Part shown: piece after piece, positions 45,411 through 53,967 of the stretch
Layout of the letters: every line of letters begins with the position of its first letter
Position numbering within the stretch: the stretch's first letter is position 1
Source: Actinomycetes bacterium
Lineage (GTDB): Bacteria; Actinomycetota; Acidimicrobiia; Acidimicrobiales; JAAEMS01
Assembly (NCBI GenBank): GCA_024225275.1
Contig: JAAEMS010000170.1
Span: forward strand, 2,592-66,591
Reading direction: 5' to 3'
Length of the DNA: 64,000 bases
Translations under genes and position numbers: made by a program
The notes under the pieces: model-generated
The model's input: only the letters and a program-made list of their open reading frames with translations
What the model was told of the DNA's origin: nothing
Databases searched by the model: none

Positions 45411-46274
45411 CTATCCGGTTGAGCTGAGGGTGTTCACCGGTGCCGGCAGGGTGAGCCGCTGGCTGTAGGTCGAGCGGGAGGACAGCTCGGCCGCCATGGC
45501 CGCCTGGCGGGCGGTGGCGGGGCCGGTCGGGGTGGTCCGTTGGGGCGACTGGGCCTCGATGGCATGGCGGAGCGACCGCAGGGCGGCCTCCTTCAGCTGG
45601 GATGCCCGCGACTGGGTGACACCCAGAAAGGCCCCGAGCTCGGTCATCGACCGGCCCTCGAAGAAGTAGCCCAGTACGACGATGCGTTCCCGCTCGGGGA
45701 GAAGATCGATCGCGTCACGGAGGTAGCTCAGGGTCTCCCGGTCCTCGAGCAGATCCTCGATCCCGGGGCCGGCGTCAGCCAGCGAGTCGGAGACCTGCAT
45801 GTCGCCGTCACCGCGGGTGACCCGACGATCGAGAGAGTCGATGACGCCCTCCATGGCCCGGGCCCGGATGCCGTCAACCTCGTCCTCCTCGACGCCCAGC
45901 GACTGGGCCAGGTCATCGGAGGTCGGGGTGCGACCGAGCTGGACGGCGAGGTGATCCTCTTCCCGTCTCAGCTGGTTGTGTCGACGCCGTACCGAGCGGG
46001 ACAACCAGTCCCGGCTACGGAGTACGTCGAGCACCGCTCCTTCGATTCGCCGCCCGGCGAAGGTCGAGAACGCGATACCCCGATCGGGGTCGAACCGGCG
46101 GCTGGCCTCAATGAGCCCGAGCACGCCGGCCTGCACGAGATCCGACCGATCAACATGATCGGGGAATCCCGCCGCAATACGATTCACGATGTGTTGCACA
46201 AGAGGGACATTCGCTTCGACGAGATCCTTTGATCCGTCTCCACGAGCACTCTTGGCTCTGTCAGATGTGGTCAC
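45411..46274 (-). CDS. fliA: Flagellar sigma factor FliA/WhiG (sigma-28 family) with an approximately 49-aa C-terminal tail
   Basis: Region 2 is VPLVQHIVNRIAAGFPDHVDRSDLVQAGVLGLIEASRRFDPDRGIAFSTFAGRRIEGAVLD. Region 4 is GRSMTELGAFLGVTQSRASQLKEAALRSLR. The GTG start has a GGGAGG Shine-Dalgarno. Confidence 0.92.
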   Translation of the reverse strand: MTTSDRAKSARGDGSKDLVEANVPLVQHIVNRIAAGFPDHVDRSDLVQAGVLGLIEASRRFDPDRGIAFSTFAGRRIEGAVLDVLRSRDWLSRSVRRRHNQLRREEDHLAVQLGRTPTSDDLAQSLGVEEDEVDGIRARAMEGVIDSLDRRVTRGDGDMQVSDSLADAGPGIEDLLEDRETLSYLRDAIDLLPERERIVVLGYFFEGRSMTELGAFLGVTQSRASQLKEAALRSLRHAIEAQSPQRTTPTGPATARQAAMAAELSSRSTYSQRLTLPAPVNTLSSTG

Positions 46275-46520
46275 CTGTTGCCTCCCGTACCACTACCCAC
46301 GATCGATTTGGCTGAAGCCCGGCAGGGCCTGCCTTCTCGATCTGCTTGGGCCATCGGGTGATAGAGGGCGGAAGTTTCGGGGTTTGTCGGAGAATGGGGC
46401 GGAAAGGCCACGACTATCTGGTTCAGCTTTGACAGGAGCCTCCCCCCGTGGTCCCAACGACCCGCCGAAGGGGGACCCGAGGGACCGGCCCAAAGGTCCC
46501 GAGGATGCCCCGGGACCCTG

Positions 46521-46526
46521 CTAATA
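46521..46526 (+). promoter_or_regulatory. CTAATA box preceded by CCGGGACC, 29 nt upstream of the fliM ATG at 46556
   Basis: The plus strand reads CCCCGGGACCCTGCTAATACC. The spacing to the start codon is the same as at flgN. Caveat: the box would be inside the coding region if fliM starts at 46505 or 46448. Confidence 0.3.
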
Positions 46527-46555
46527 CCGAACCCCTGTCCGACGAGGCTGAGGTC

Positions 46556-47485
46556 ATGAGCGATGTGCGATCGTCCCTTCGTGGCGACGATGCAGTGACC
46601 AGGGACTACGACTTCAGCCGACCCAATCGGCTGAACCGCGACCGCTCACGCCTACTCGAGGCGGCCGGCCAGGACGCGGCCCGTCGTCTGTCGGTCGGAC
46701 TGAGCCGACTCATGGACGAGGACGTCGAGGTCAGCTTCGACGAGCTGGCCGAGATGTCGTACAAGGACCTCCTGGAGTCCGTTCCCGAGAATGCCGACCT
46801 CTGTGTCATCCGCACCGGGGAGAGCGGCACCGGCCTGGGCGTGATCGTCACCCCGATCACCCTGGCAAGCGCCGTCATCCAGCGGCTCCTCGGGGGCCCG
46901 ATGGAACCGATCGAGCTTGGCCGTCCCCCGACCGAGGTGGAATGCGCCCTCCTCGATCTCGTTCTCACCCGATGCCTCGAGGGCATCGATCAGGCCCTCT
47001 CCCCGTTCTCTGGACTCCAACCCCACACCGACCGCCACGAGCTCGACCCCGGTGCCCTCCAGATCGCCGACGACCCCGACACCGTCATCACCTTCCGGTA
47101 CCGGGTCGGGCGCGACGACTTGTCGGACTGCCTCACCCTGGGGCTACCCCACAACATCCTCGGGCCGGTGCTCGAGGCCCTGGACCGGAGATCGGCGTCG
47201 TCGCGCCGAAAGACCGGTTCGGCTTCGGCCCGCATCGACGACGCTCTGTCAGGTATCGGCCTGGACATGTCGGTCGGGTTCGCCCCCGTGACCATGAATT
47301 CGACCGCCCTGGCCAGCATCCAGGTGGGCGACGTGATCCGTACCGACCACCCGGTGGACGCCGACCTGTTCGGCACCATCGACGGCCAACCCCGTTTCAA
47401 GGTCCGCTGCATCGACGGGCGGCAGCTGACCGCCGAGATCGTGGGCCAGACCACCGACCGAGAGATTGGACTCTTGTTCCGATGA
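46556..47485 (+). CDS. fliM: Flagellar motor switch protein FliM
   Basis: YDFSRPNRLNRDRSRLLEAAGQDAARRLSVGLSRLM, then a CheC-like middle domain and a C-terminal SpoA-type domain. Alternative in-frame starts are ATG 46505 and GTG 46448. Confidence 0.9.
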   Translation: MSDVRSSLRGDDAVTRDYDFSRPNRLNRDRSRLLEAAGQDAARRLSVGLSRLMDEDVEVSFDELAEMSYKDLLESVPENADLCVIRTGESGTGLGVIVTPITLASAVIQRLLGGPMEPIELGRPPTEVECALLDLVLTRCLEGIDQALSPFSGLQPHTDRHELDPGALQIADDPDTVITFRYRVGRDDLSDCLTLGLPHNILGPVLEALDRRSASSRRKTGSASARIDDALSGIGLDMSVGFAPVTMNSTALASIQVGDVIRTDHPVDADLFGTIDGQPRFKVRCIDGRQLTAEIVGQTTDREIGLLFR

Positions 47486-48183
47486 TCGCGACCACCATCG
47501 ACCCTCAGGCATTGGAGGCGGCGTTGCGCGCCGTTCTTCCCGAGGTCTCCGTCGAGGGCCCCGATACCCACGGAATGGGTATTCCCGCGCCGATCACCTG
47601 GTATCGGCAGACCCTCGTGGGACCGACCCCCATGGAGGTCTTCCTGGGTGTGCCCACGATGTCGGCGGGCATCATCGACCATGTGCGGGCCGACCAGATC
47701 CTGAGCCAGACCGCGACGCTCACTGACTCGAGCCCCACCGGCGACATCGCAGCCACGACCGACCCCGATGGGTCGGACTCGAGCTCGATCCTGGGTCACC
47801 CCGACGTGGGCAACAGCACCTGCTTCGTCCTCGTGGACAACGCCACCCCGATCGCCTGGATGTTGACCCTCGGCGCCGAGGTGACCTCCGCGTCACCGGG
47901 TTCCAACGGGGCCGCTACACCAGCCACCGGTGGTAGTGCCGCCATCCCCAACGTGGGCCTGCTCAACGATGTCTCACTCTCGGTGTCGGTCGAACTGGGC
48001 CGCACCCGCCTGACCGTGTCGGAGATGCTGGGCCTCACGGTCGGCTCCGTCGTGGAGCTCGATCGCCCCGCAGGCGCGCCAGTCGACATCTTCGCCAACG
48101 GCACCCTCATCGCCCGGGCCGAGGTCGTGGTCGTGGACGACGAGTACGGCGTCCGCATCTCCGAGATCATCTCCCCAGGCTGA
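47482..48183 (+). CDS. fliN: Flagellar motor switch protein FliN (long form, 233 aa)
   Basis: The C-terminal SpoA domain is VSVELGRTRLTVSEMLGLTVGSVVELDRPAGAPVDIFANGTLIARAEVVVVDDEYGVRISEI. The start overlaps the fliM stop (ATGA). Confidence 0.92.
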   Translation: MIATTIDPQALEAALRAVLPEVSVEGPDTHGMGIPAPITWYRQTLVGPTPMEVFLGVPTMSAGIIDHVRADQILSQTATLTDSSPTGDIAATTDPDGSDSSSILGHPDVGNSTCFVLVDNATPIAWMLTLGAEVTSASPGSNGAATPATGGSAAIPNVGLLNDVSLSVSVELGRTRLTVSEMLGLTVGSVVELDRPAGAPVDIFANGTLIARAEVVVVDDEYGVRISEIISPG

Positions 48184-48195
48184 TCGGCCGTATCC

Positions 48196-48609
48196 GTGTC
48201 ATCGATCGAACTGGTCGGGCGGCTGGCACTGTCCTTCGCCATCATCGGCACCCTGCTCTACGGGTTCGCGTGGGTGGCCCGACGCCGCCAGGTCCGCGGC
48301 CTGCTCGGATTCGCGGCACCGAGCGACGCCCCGATCGCCGTCCTCTCCCGCCAAGCGCTGGGTAAGGGCAGCTCGGTGGTCGTCCTTCGGGCCGGCCAAC
48401 GCCATCTCTTGGTCGGGGTCACCGACCAACAGCTGAGCCTGCTGGCCGAGGGGGACGATCTCCTCCCGGTCGAGTCGGCCGAACCCGCCGAGGGGCGGGA
48501 GCCATCGTCGGACCCAAGGACGGGTCCGACCGGGTCGAGCAAGGACCCAGATTCGTCACGGATGGGGTTCGTCGAAGCCCTGCGCGAGCGCACGGTTCGG
48601 CGCGGCTGA
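48196..48609 (+). CDS. fliO: Flagellar biosynthesis protein FliO
   Basis: A single N-terminal TM segment is followed by VLSRQALGKGSSVVVLRAGQRHLLVGVTDQQLSLL. The gene lies between fliN and fliP. Confidence 0.8.
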   Translation: MSSIELVGRLALSFAIIGTLLYGFAWVARRRQVRGLLGFAAPSDAPIAVLSRQALGKGSSVVVLRAGQRHLLVGVTDQQLSLLAEGDDLLPVESAEPAEGREPSSDPRTGPTGSSKDPDSSRMGFVEALRERTVRRG

Positions 48610-48624
48610 CCCACCGGAGCACAG

Positions 48625-49488
48625 GTGAACCACACACTGGTGCGGACCCGACGGTTCGTCGCGGCCGCGCTCGCCCTGCTCGTCGCAGTGAGCGTGTTGC
48701 TCGGCGTCGATGTGTCGCCCGCGGCAGCTCAGGTCGAACCGCCACCACCCGAGCTCAACCTGCCCAACCAGCCGGTACCCGACCGGTTCGGCGACACCCC
48801 TGATCTCAACGAGTCCGACGAAGACGGGTTCATCACCGTCGACATCGGCAACCCCGAGGACGGCCCCGGCCAATCGGTGATGCTGATCCTGGTCATCACC
48901 CTGCTCGGGGTGGCACCCTCGATCCTGATCATGATGACCAGCTTCAGCCGGATCATCATCGTGCTCTCGCTGACCCGGAACGCCCTGGGCCTCCAGGGCA
49001 TCCCCCCGAACCAGATCCTCATCGGTCTCGCCCTGTTCCTGAGCCTCTTCGTGATGGCCCCCACCCTCAGCGAGATCAACGACGTGGCCTTCCAGCCCTA
49101 CCTGGACGGCCAGCTCGAGCAGGGCGACGCCTTCGATGCCGGGTCGGCGCCGCTCAGGGAGTTCATGCTGGAACAGACCCGCACCGCCGAGCTCGAGATG
49201 ATGCTCGACGCCCGGGGTGGTGAGCGACCCGAGGGCATCGACGACCTGGGTCTCGACGTGGTGGTGCCGGCATTCATCCTGTCGGAGCTCAGGACGGCGT
49301 TCACCATCGGGTTCGTCCTGTTCATCCCTTTCCTGGTCGTCGATCTCGTGGTCAGCGCCGTCTTGATGTCGCTCGGGATGATGATGCTGCCCCCGGTCTT
49401 CGTGTCTCTCCCGTTCAAGTTGTTGTTGTTCGTGATGGTTGGGGGCTGGACCTTGCTGGTCGAGACCCTCCTGTCGAGTTTCGTCTGA
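48625..49488 (+). CDS. fliP: Flagellar export apparatus protein FliP
   Basis: A signal-like N terminus is followed by LLGVAPSILIMMTSFSRIIIVLSLTRNALGLQGIPPNQILIGLALFLSLFVMAP. Confidence 0.96.
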   Translation: MNHTLVRTRRFVAAALALLVAVSVLLGVDVSPAAAQVEPPPPELNLPNQPVPDRFGDTPDLNESDEDGFITVDIGNPEDGPGQSVMLILVITLLGVAPSILIMMTSFSRIIIVLSLTRNALGLQGIPPNQILIGLALFLSLFVMAPTLSEINDVAFQPYLDGQLEQGDAFDAGSAPLREFMLEQTRTAELEMMLDARGGERPEGIDDLGLDVVVPAFILSELRTAFTIGFVLFIPFLVVDLVVSAVLMSLGMMMLPPVFVSLPFKLLLFVMVGGWTLLVETLLSSFV

Positions 49489-49498
49489 GGAGTCAACC

Positions 49499-49768
49499 GT
49501 GTCCGAAGCTGCTGTTCTCGATATCGCGGCCCGCACCCTGTGGATCGCGGCCAAGCTGGCCGGCCCCTTTCTGGTCACATCGTTGGCGGTGGGTGTGGCC
49601 ATCGGCCTCGTCCAGTCGATCACCCAGCTCCAGGAGCAGACCCTGACCTTCGTGCCCAAGTTCGTGGCCACGGGCGTGGTCGTGATCGTGGCCGGGTCGT
49701 GGATGCTCAACGAGATGGTGTTCTTCACCCAAGAGCTCCTCGACATGGTCCCCGACCTGGTCCACTGA
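49499..49768 (+). CDS. fliQ: Flagellar export apparatus protein FliQ
   Basis: The 89-aa protein contains LAVGVAIGLVQSITQLQEQTLTFVPKFVATG. The GTG start lies 10 nt after the fliP stop. Confidence 0.93.
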   Translation: MSEAAVLDIAARTLWIAAKLAGPFLVTSLAVGVAIGLVQSITQLQEQTLTFVPKFVATGVVVIVAGSWMLNEMVFFTQELLDMVPDLVH

Positions 49769-49820
49769 TGACCCGCACGGAAGGGCCCCCAAGGCCCGCC
49801 CAGAAGGCGAACAGAAGAGG

Positions 49821-50579
49821 ATGAGCTTTCGGCTCGATCCGTTGTTGTTCACGGGGTTCATGTACGCGCTCGTGCGGACCATGATGGTGCTCACCGCGGC
49901 ACCACCGTTCAACGGACCGTTCCTTCACACCCGGGTCCGAATCGGTCTCGCGGCGTCCCTGTCTCTGGTCATGGCCGACGATCTGGCCCCCGCCACCGAC
50001 CCCGAGTTCCCGGTGTTCATCGGCAACCTGCTGATGCACGCAGTGATCGGCCTGGCGTTCGGGTTCGCCATCCAGCTGGTGCTGGCCTCGGTACAGATGG
50101 CCGGTTCCCTGATCGACCTGTTCAGCGGCTTCTCGTCGGCGGCTCTCTACGACCCGTTCACCGCGGCTTCCGCCACCCCGGTGGCCCGCCTGTTCCAACT
50201 GGTGACCCTCGCCTTCCTCTTCGCCATGAACGGCCACCTCCTGGTGGTGCAGGGTCTGATGCGCAGCATCGAGGTCGACCCTGTGGCCCGCCTCCAGATC
50301 GACCCCTACGTGAGCGCCCTGACCACCGAAGCCGGGAAGCTCCTGTTGAGCGCGGCCGAGATCGGGCTTCCGGTCCTGGCGTCCCTGTTCCTGGCCGAGG
50401 TGACACTCGGCCTGGTTGCTCGGGCGGCCCCCCAGTTGAACGTGCTGGTCATCGGCTTCGCGGTCAAGACCGGGGTGGCCCTGATCACCATCGGGCTCGC
50501 CATCCCTCTGATCTCCGACGCGACGGCCATGTTGGTGGTGCGGGGGCTCCGGATCGGGGCCGGGTTGAGCGGTGGCTGA
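49821..50579 (+). CDS. fliR: Flagellar export apparatus protein FliR
   Basis: Polytopic 252-aa protein with RTMMVLTAAPPF and GFAVKTGVALITIG motifs, located between fliQ and flhB. Confidence 0.9.
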   Translation: MSFRLDPLLFTGFMYALVRTMMVLTAAPPFNGPFLHTRVRIGLAASLSLVMADDLAPATDPEFPVFIGNLLMHAVIGLAFGFAIQLVLASVQMAGSLIDLFSGFSSAALYDPFTAASATPVARLFQLVTLAFLFAMNGHLLVVQGLMRSIEVDPVARLQIDPYVSALTTEAGKLLLSAAEIGLPVLASLFLAEVTLGLVARAAPQLNVLVIGFAVKTGVALITIGLAIPLISDATAMLVVRGLRIGAGLSGG

Positions 50580-51711
50580 TCGCAGTTCGAATACCGAGCG
50601 GGCAACACCGAAGCGCCGCAAACAGGCGCGGAGCGAGGGTCAGGTCCCCCGGACCGGTGAACCCATCCAGTGGGCGATGGTCCTGATCGCCACCCTGCTC
50701 CTCCCGTCGAGCATGGCCCGGGGTACCGCCGAATTGAGGAGAATCCTGGTGACCATGGCCCGGGCCGACGACCCCGCGTCGGCCGAGGTCATCACCTCCG
50801 CCCTTCCCCCCGCCATGGCTGCGGTTATCTGGATCGTGGGCCCCTTGTTCGCGTTCGCCATGGTCGTGGGCATCGTCGGGCGGGTCGCCCAGGGAGGCTG
50901 GGTGTTCGCCCCCAAAGCCCTCAAGCCGAAACTCCAGCGGGTCTCCCCCGCGGCCGGCCTCAAGCGGGTGTTCTCCGCGAAGGCCCTGTGGGACACCGCC
51001 AAGTCCCTCATGCGCTTGGTGATCATCATCGCCGTCTCGGTGCCGGTGGTGACAGGGCTGTCGGGTGAGCTGTCGTCCGGATCCCGTCTGCCCTTCGGTG
51101 TGGCGGTACCCCATGTGGGAGGCCGGGTGCTCGAGCTGGTGCAGATCATCGCCGCCACCGGCTTCATCCTCGGCATGGCCGACTACTCGTTCCAGCGCTG
51201 GCAGCACGAGCGCGACATCAAGATGTCCAAGGACGAGATCAAGCGGGAGCACAAGGAGAGCGAGGGTGATCCTCTCCTCCGGTCCCGTGTCCGGTCAGTG
51301 ATGGCTTCGATGAGCCGCAACCGGATGCTGGCCGACGTCGGTGAGGCCTCCGTCGTGGTCGTCAACCCGACCCATGTGGCGGTGGCTCTGGGCTACAGCG
51401 GCGGCAATTCGGTACCGAGCGTGGTGGCCAAGGGCGGCGACAAGCTGGCCGCTCGGATCCGCGAGCGAGCCGAAGAGGAGTCGGTTCCCATCGTCGAGTC
51501 GATCCCCCTGGCCCGAGCGCTCTACAAACACGTCAAGGTCGGCGACCCCATTCCCCCCCCGCTGTACGAGGCCGTCGCGGTCGTACTGGCTCACGTGTTC
51601 CGTCTCCGGGGCCCCCGCTGGCGGGGCCAGGTTCACCATGTCCGCACCCAGGTTCCCGACTCCCACCAGGGCGACCCCGCCCCCGTCGAAGAGACACCAG
51701 CGCGTGTCTAG
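50572..51711 (+). CDS. flhB: Flagellar export switch protein FlhB
   Basis: TERATPKRRKQARSEGQVPRTGE at the N terminus, four TM segments, and the autocleavage site VVVNPTHVAVAL (NPTH). Confidence 0.96.
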   Translation: MADRSSNTERATPKRRKQARSEGQVPRTGEPIQWAMVLIATLLLPSSMARGTAELRRILVTMARADDPASAEVITSALPPAMAAVIWIVGPLFAFAMVVGIVGRVAQGGWVFAPKALKPKLQRVSPAAGLKRVFSAKALWDTAKSLMRLVIIIAVSVPVVTGLSGELSSGSRLPFGVAVPHVGGRVLELVQIIAATGFILGMADYSFQRWQHERDIKMSKDEIKREHKESEGDPLLRSRVRSVMASMSRNRMLADVGEASVVVVNPTHVAVALGYSGGNSVPSVVAKGGDKLAARIRERAEEESVPIVESIPLARALYKHVKVGDPIPPPLYEAVAVVLAHVFRLRGPRWRGQVHHVRTQVPDSHQGDPAPVEETPARV

Positions 51712-51933
51712 CCCCCTGACCCCGAGAGACCCGAGGCCGAGTGCGCCCAACGCGGGCCTCGCGAGCCGGAGAACGACGACGCGAGGTCAACGGCCGAGCC
51801 ACCTCCCTGGTGGTGGCCAGCGGCGATCCAAGGGCTACTGGCCACTGATGGACAGCCGATACTTCCGGAGCCGACCAGGAAGGCGGCCCGAACGAGGTGA
51901 ACCCAGGGACGGGATGACACCAGGCGAGGTCCG

Positions 51934-53967
51934 GTGAACAGTCGACGTCTTGGCGGCGCCCTCTTCCCCGCGGGCGTCATGATGGTGGTGGCCGTCATGG
52001 TCGTGCCGCTGCCATCCCAGCTACTCGACCTCCTCCTGGCCATCAACATCGGCGGCGCAGTTCTCCTCCTGCTGAGCAGCATGCTGACGAGGCGGGCCCT
52101 CGACGTGTCGGCCTTCCCATCCCTCCTCCTGATCGCCACCCTGTTCCGGCTCGCACTCAACGTCAGCTCCACCCGCCTCATCCTGGGCAAGGGTGACGCG
52201 GGCTCGATCATCGCCTCGTTCGGCAGCTTCGTGATCGGTGGCTCGGTCGTCGTTGGTCTCGTCGTCTTCCTGATCCTGGTCGTGATCCAGTTCGTGGTGA
52301 TCACCAACGGTGCTACCCGCGTGGCCGAGGTCGGGGCCCGGTTCACCCTCGACGCCATGCCCGGCAAGCAGATGGCCATCGACGCCGATCTCAACGCTGG
52401 CACGATCGACGAGAACGAGGCTCGACGGCGTCGTACCGAGATTGCGGCCGAGGCCGACTTCTACGGCGCCATGGACGGTGCATCGAAGTTCGTGAAAGGT
52501 GATGCCATCGCCGGCGTGCTCATCACCGTCATCAACCTGGTGGGTGGTCTGATCATCGGGATCGGGCAGCAGGGACTGGCCGTAGGCGATGCCGCCGCCA
52601 CCTACAGCCTACTCACCGTCGGTGACGGTCTCGTTTCCCAAATCCCCGCCCTGCTCATCTCGATCGCTTCCGGCATCATCGTGACCCGGTCGGCGGCTGA
52701 GGGAGACCTGGGGGCCGACGTGGTTCACCAGTTCCTCCAGAACCGTCGGGTGTTCCGTCTGGGCGGCATTGCCCTGGGACTGCTGGCCCTGGTGCCCGGC
52801 ATTCCCATCCTGCCCTTCGCGATCATCTCCATCATTCTGCTGGTCGGCTCGGCCCGACCCGAACCGCTGGAAGACGCCGAGGAGGGCCCGCCGGACGAGA
52901 TCGAGATCGACCCGGACGATCCGGCCCAGTTGGCGAGCGACATGCGGCCAGAGCCGCTGAGTCTGGAAGTGGCTGCTGACCTGGTGGCCCTCGTCGACCC
53001 CGACCGCGGTGGCGACCTTCTCGACCGGGTCCGGGGTCTGCGCCGCAAGGTCGCTCTCGAGCTGGGGCTGATCGTCCCGCCGGTGCGCACCCGCGACAAC
53101 CTCGAACTGCCGCCCGGGACCTACGCCATCCTCATTCACGGCGTCGAGATGGCCCGAGGTGAAGCGCCGGCCGGCAAGGTGCTGGCGATCGCCGACGACC
53201 TTGGCCCGCTCCCTGGCATCGAGACGATCGAACCGGTCTTCGGGCTGCCCGCCAAGTGGCTGCCGGCCGAGCACCGCCATGTGGCCGAAGCAGTGGGCGC
53301 CACCCTCGTGGACCCTTCAGCGGTCATCACCACCCATCTCGCCGAATTGGTGCGACATCACGCGGCAGCTCTGCTGTCCCGTCAGGAGGTCAAGGAGCTC
53401 ATGGAGATGGTCCGGAGCACGGACCCGGCGGTCATCGAGGAGCTCACCTCCACCGAGGTCTCGGTGGCCGAGATCCAGCGGGTGCTCCAGGACCTGCTCA
53501 TCGAGAGGGTCTCGATCCGCGACCTGGTCCGCATTCTCGAGGTGGTGTCGGAGCGGGCCCGAACGTCCCGAGACCCCGAACACCTGGTCGAGGCGGTACG
53601 GGCGGCTCTCGGTCCGTGGATCAGTTCGGCCAACGCTTCCGACGAGGGGGTCCTGCCCGTGATCACCCTCGACCCGGCCATCGAGCATCAGCTCAGCAGC
53701 TCGCTCGTGATGGGCAGCGAAGGCACCATGATCGCCATCGACCCGACGGTGGCCGACCTCCTGAGCCGGCGAATCGCAGACCAGGTACGCGTCGTCGAAC
53801 AGACCGGACAATCCCCGGTACTGGTGTGCTCACCGGCCGTGCGTCGGCCCCTGACCCGACTGCTGGCGGCCAGCCCGGCCGCCCCTCCGATCATGTCGTT
53901 CAACGAGCTCGGCCCCCAGATGCGGATCGAAGCCCTGGGGACGGTGAACGTCGATGCCGCAGCATAG
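51934..53967 (+). CDS. flhA: Flagellar export gate protein FlhA
   Basis: VVPLPSQLLDLLLAINIGGAVLLLL, FPSLLLIATLFRLALNVSSTRLIL, the FHIPEP region RVAEVGARFTLDAMPGKQMAIDADL, and a large cytoplasmic C-terminal domain. Confidence 0.97.
   Translation: MNSRRLGGALFPAGVMMVVAVMVVPLPSQLLDLLLAINIGGAVLLLLSSMLTRRALDVSAFPSLLLIATLFRLALNVSSTRLILGKGDAGSIIASFGSFVIGGSVVVGLVVFLILVVIQFVVITNGATRVAEVGARFTLDAMPGKQMAIDADLNAGTIDENEARRRRTEIAAEADFYGAMDGASKFVKGDAIAGVLITVINLVGGLIIGIGQQGLAVGDAAATYSLLTVGDGLVSQIPALLISIASGIIVTRSAAEGDLGADVVHQFLQNRRVFRLGGIALGLLALVPGIPILPFAIISIILLVGSARPEPLEDAEEGPPDEIEIDPDDPAQLASDMRPEPLSLEVAADLVALVDPDRGGDLLDRVRGLRRKVALELGLIVPPVRTRDNLELPPGTYAILIHGVEMARGEAPAGKVLAIADDLGPLPGIETIEPVFGLPAKWLPAEHRHVAEAVGATLVDPSAVITTHLAELVRHHAAALLSRQEVKELMEMVRSTDPAVIEELTSTEVSVAEIQRVLQDLLIERVSIRDLVRILEVVSERARTSRDPEHLVEAVRAALGPWISSANASDEGVLPVITLDPAIEHQLSSSLVMGSEGTMIAIDPTVADLLSRRIADQVRVVEQTGQSPVLVCSPAVRRPLTRLLAASPAAPPIMSFNELGPQMRIEALGTVNVDAAA

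Noticed and set aside
46424-46429. Perfect TTGACA as the -35 element of a sigma-70 promoter for fliM
   Set aside because: The sequence 17 bp downstream (TCCCAA) is not -10-like. It is kept only as a note within the divergent-region finding.
46448-46555. Longer FliM N terminus (starts at 46448 or 46505), with EPLSDEAEV as a CheY-binding LSQxEID-like peptide
   Set aside because: The resemblance is weak (only L-S and acidic residues), third-position GC is low, and ATG 46556 has a well-spaced GAGG. This start cannot be excluded without experimental or comparative data.
48556-50621. Long minus-strand ORFs (48556-49746 and 49725-50621) opposite fliP, fliQ and fliR
   Set aside because: They are His/Glu/Asp/Gly-rich antisense translations of membrane-protein genes. 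The plus-strand products are unmistakable FliP, FliQ and FliR.
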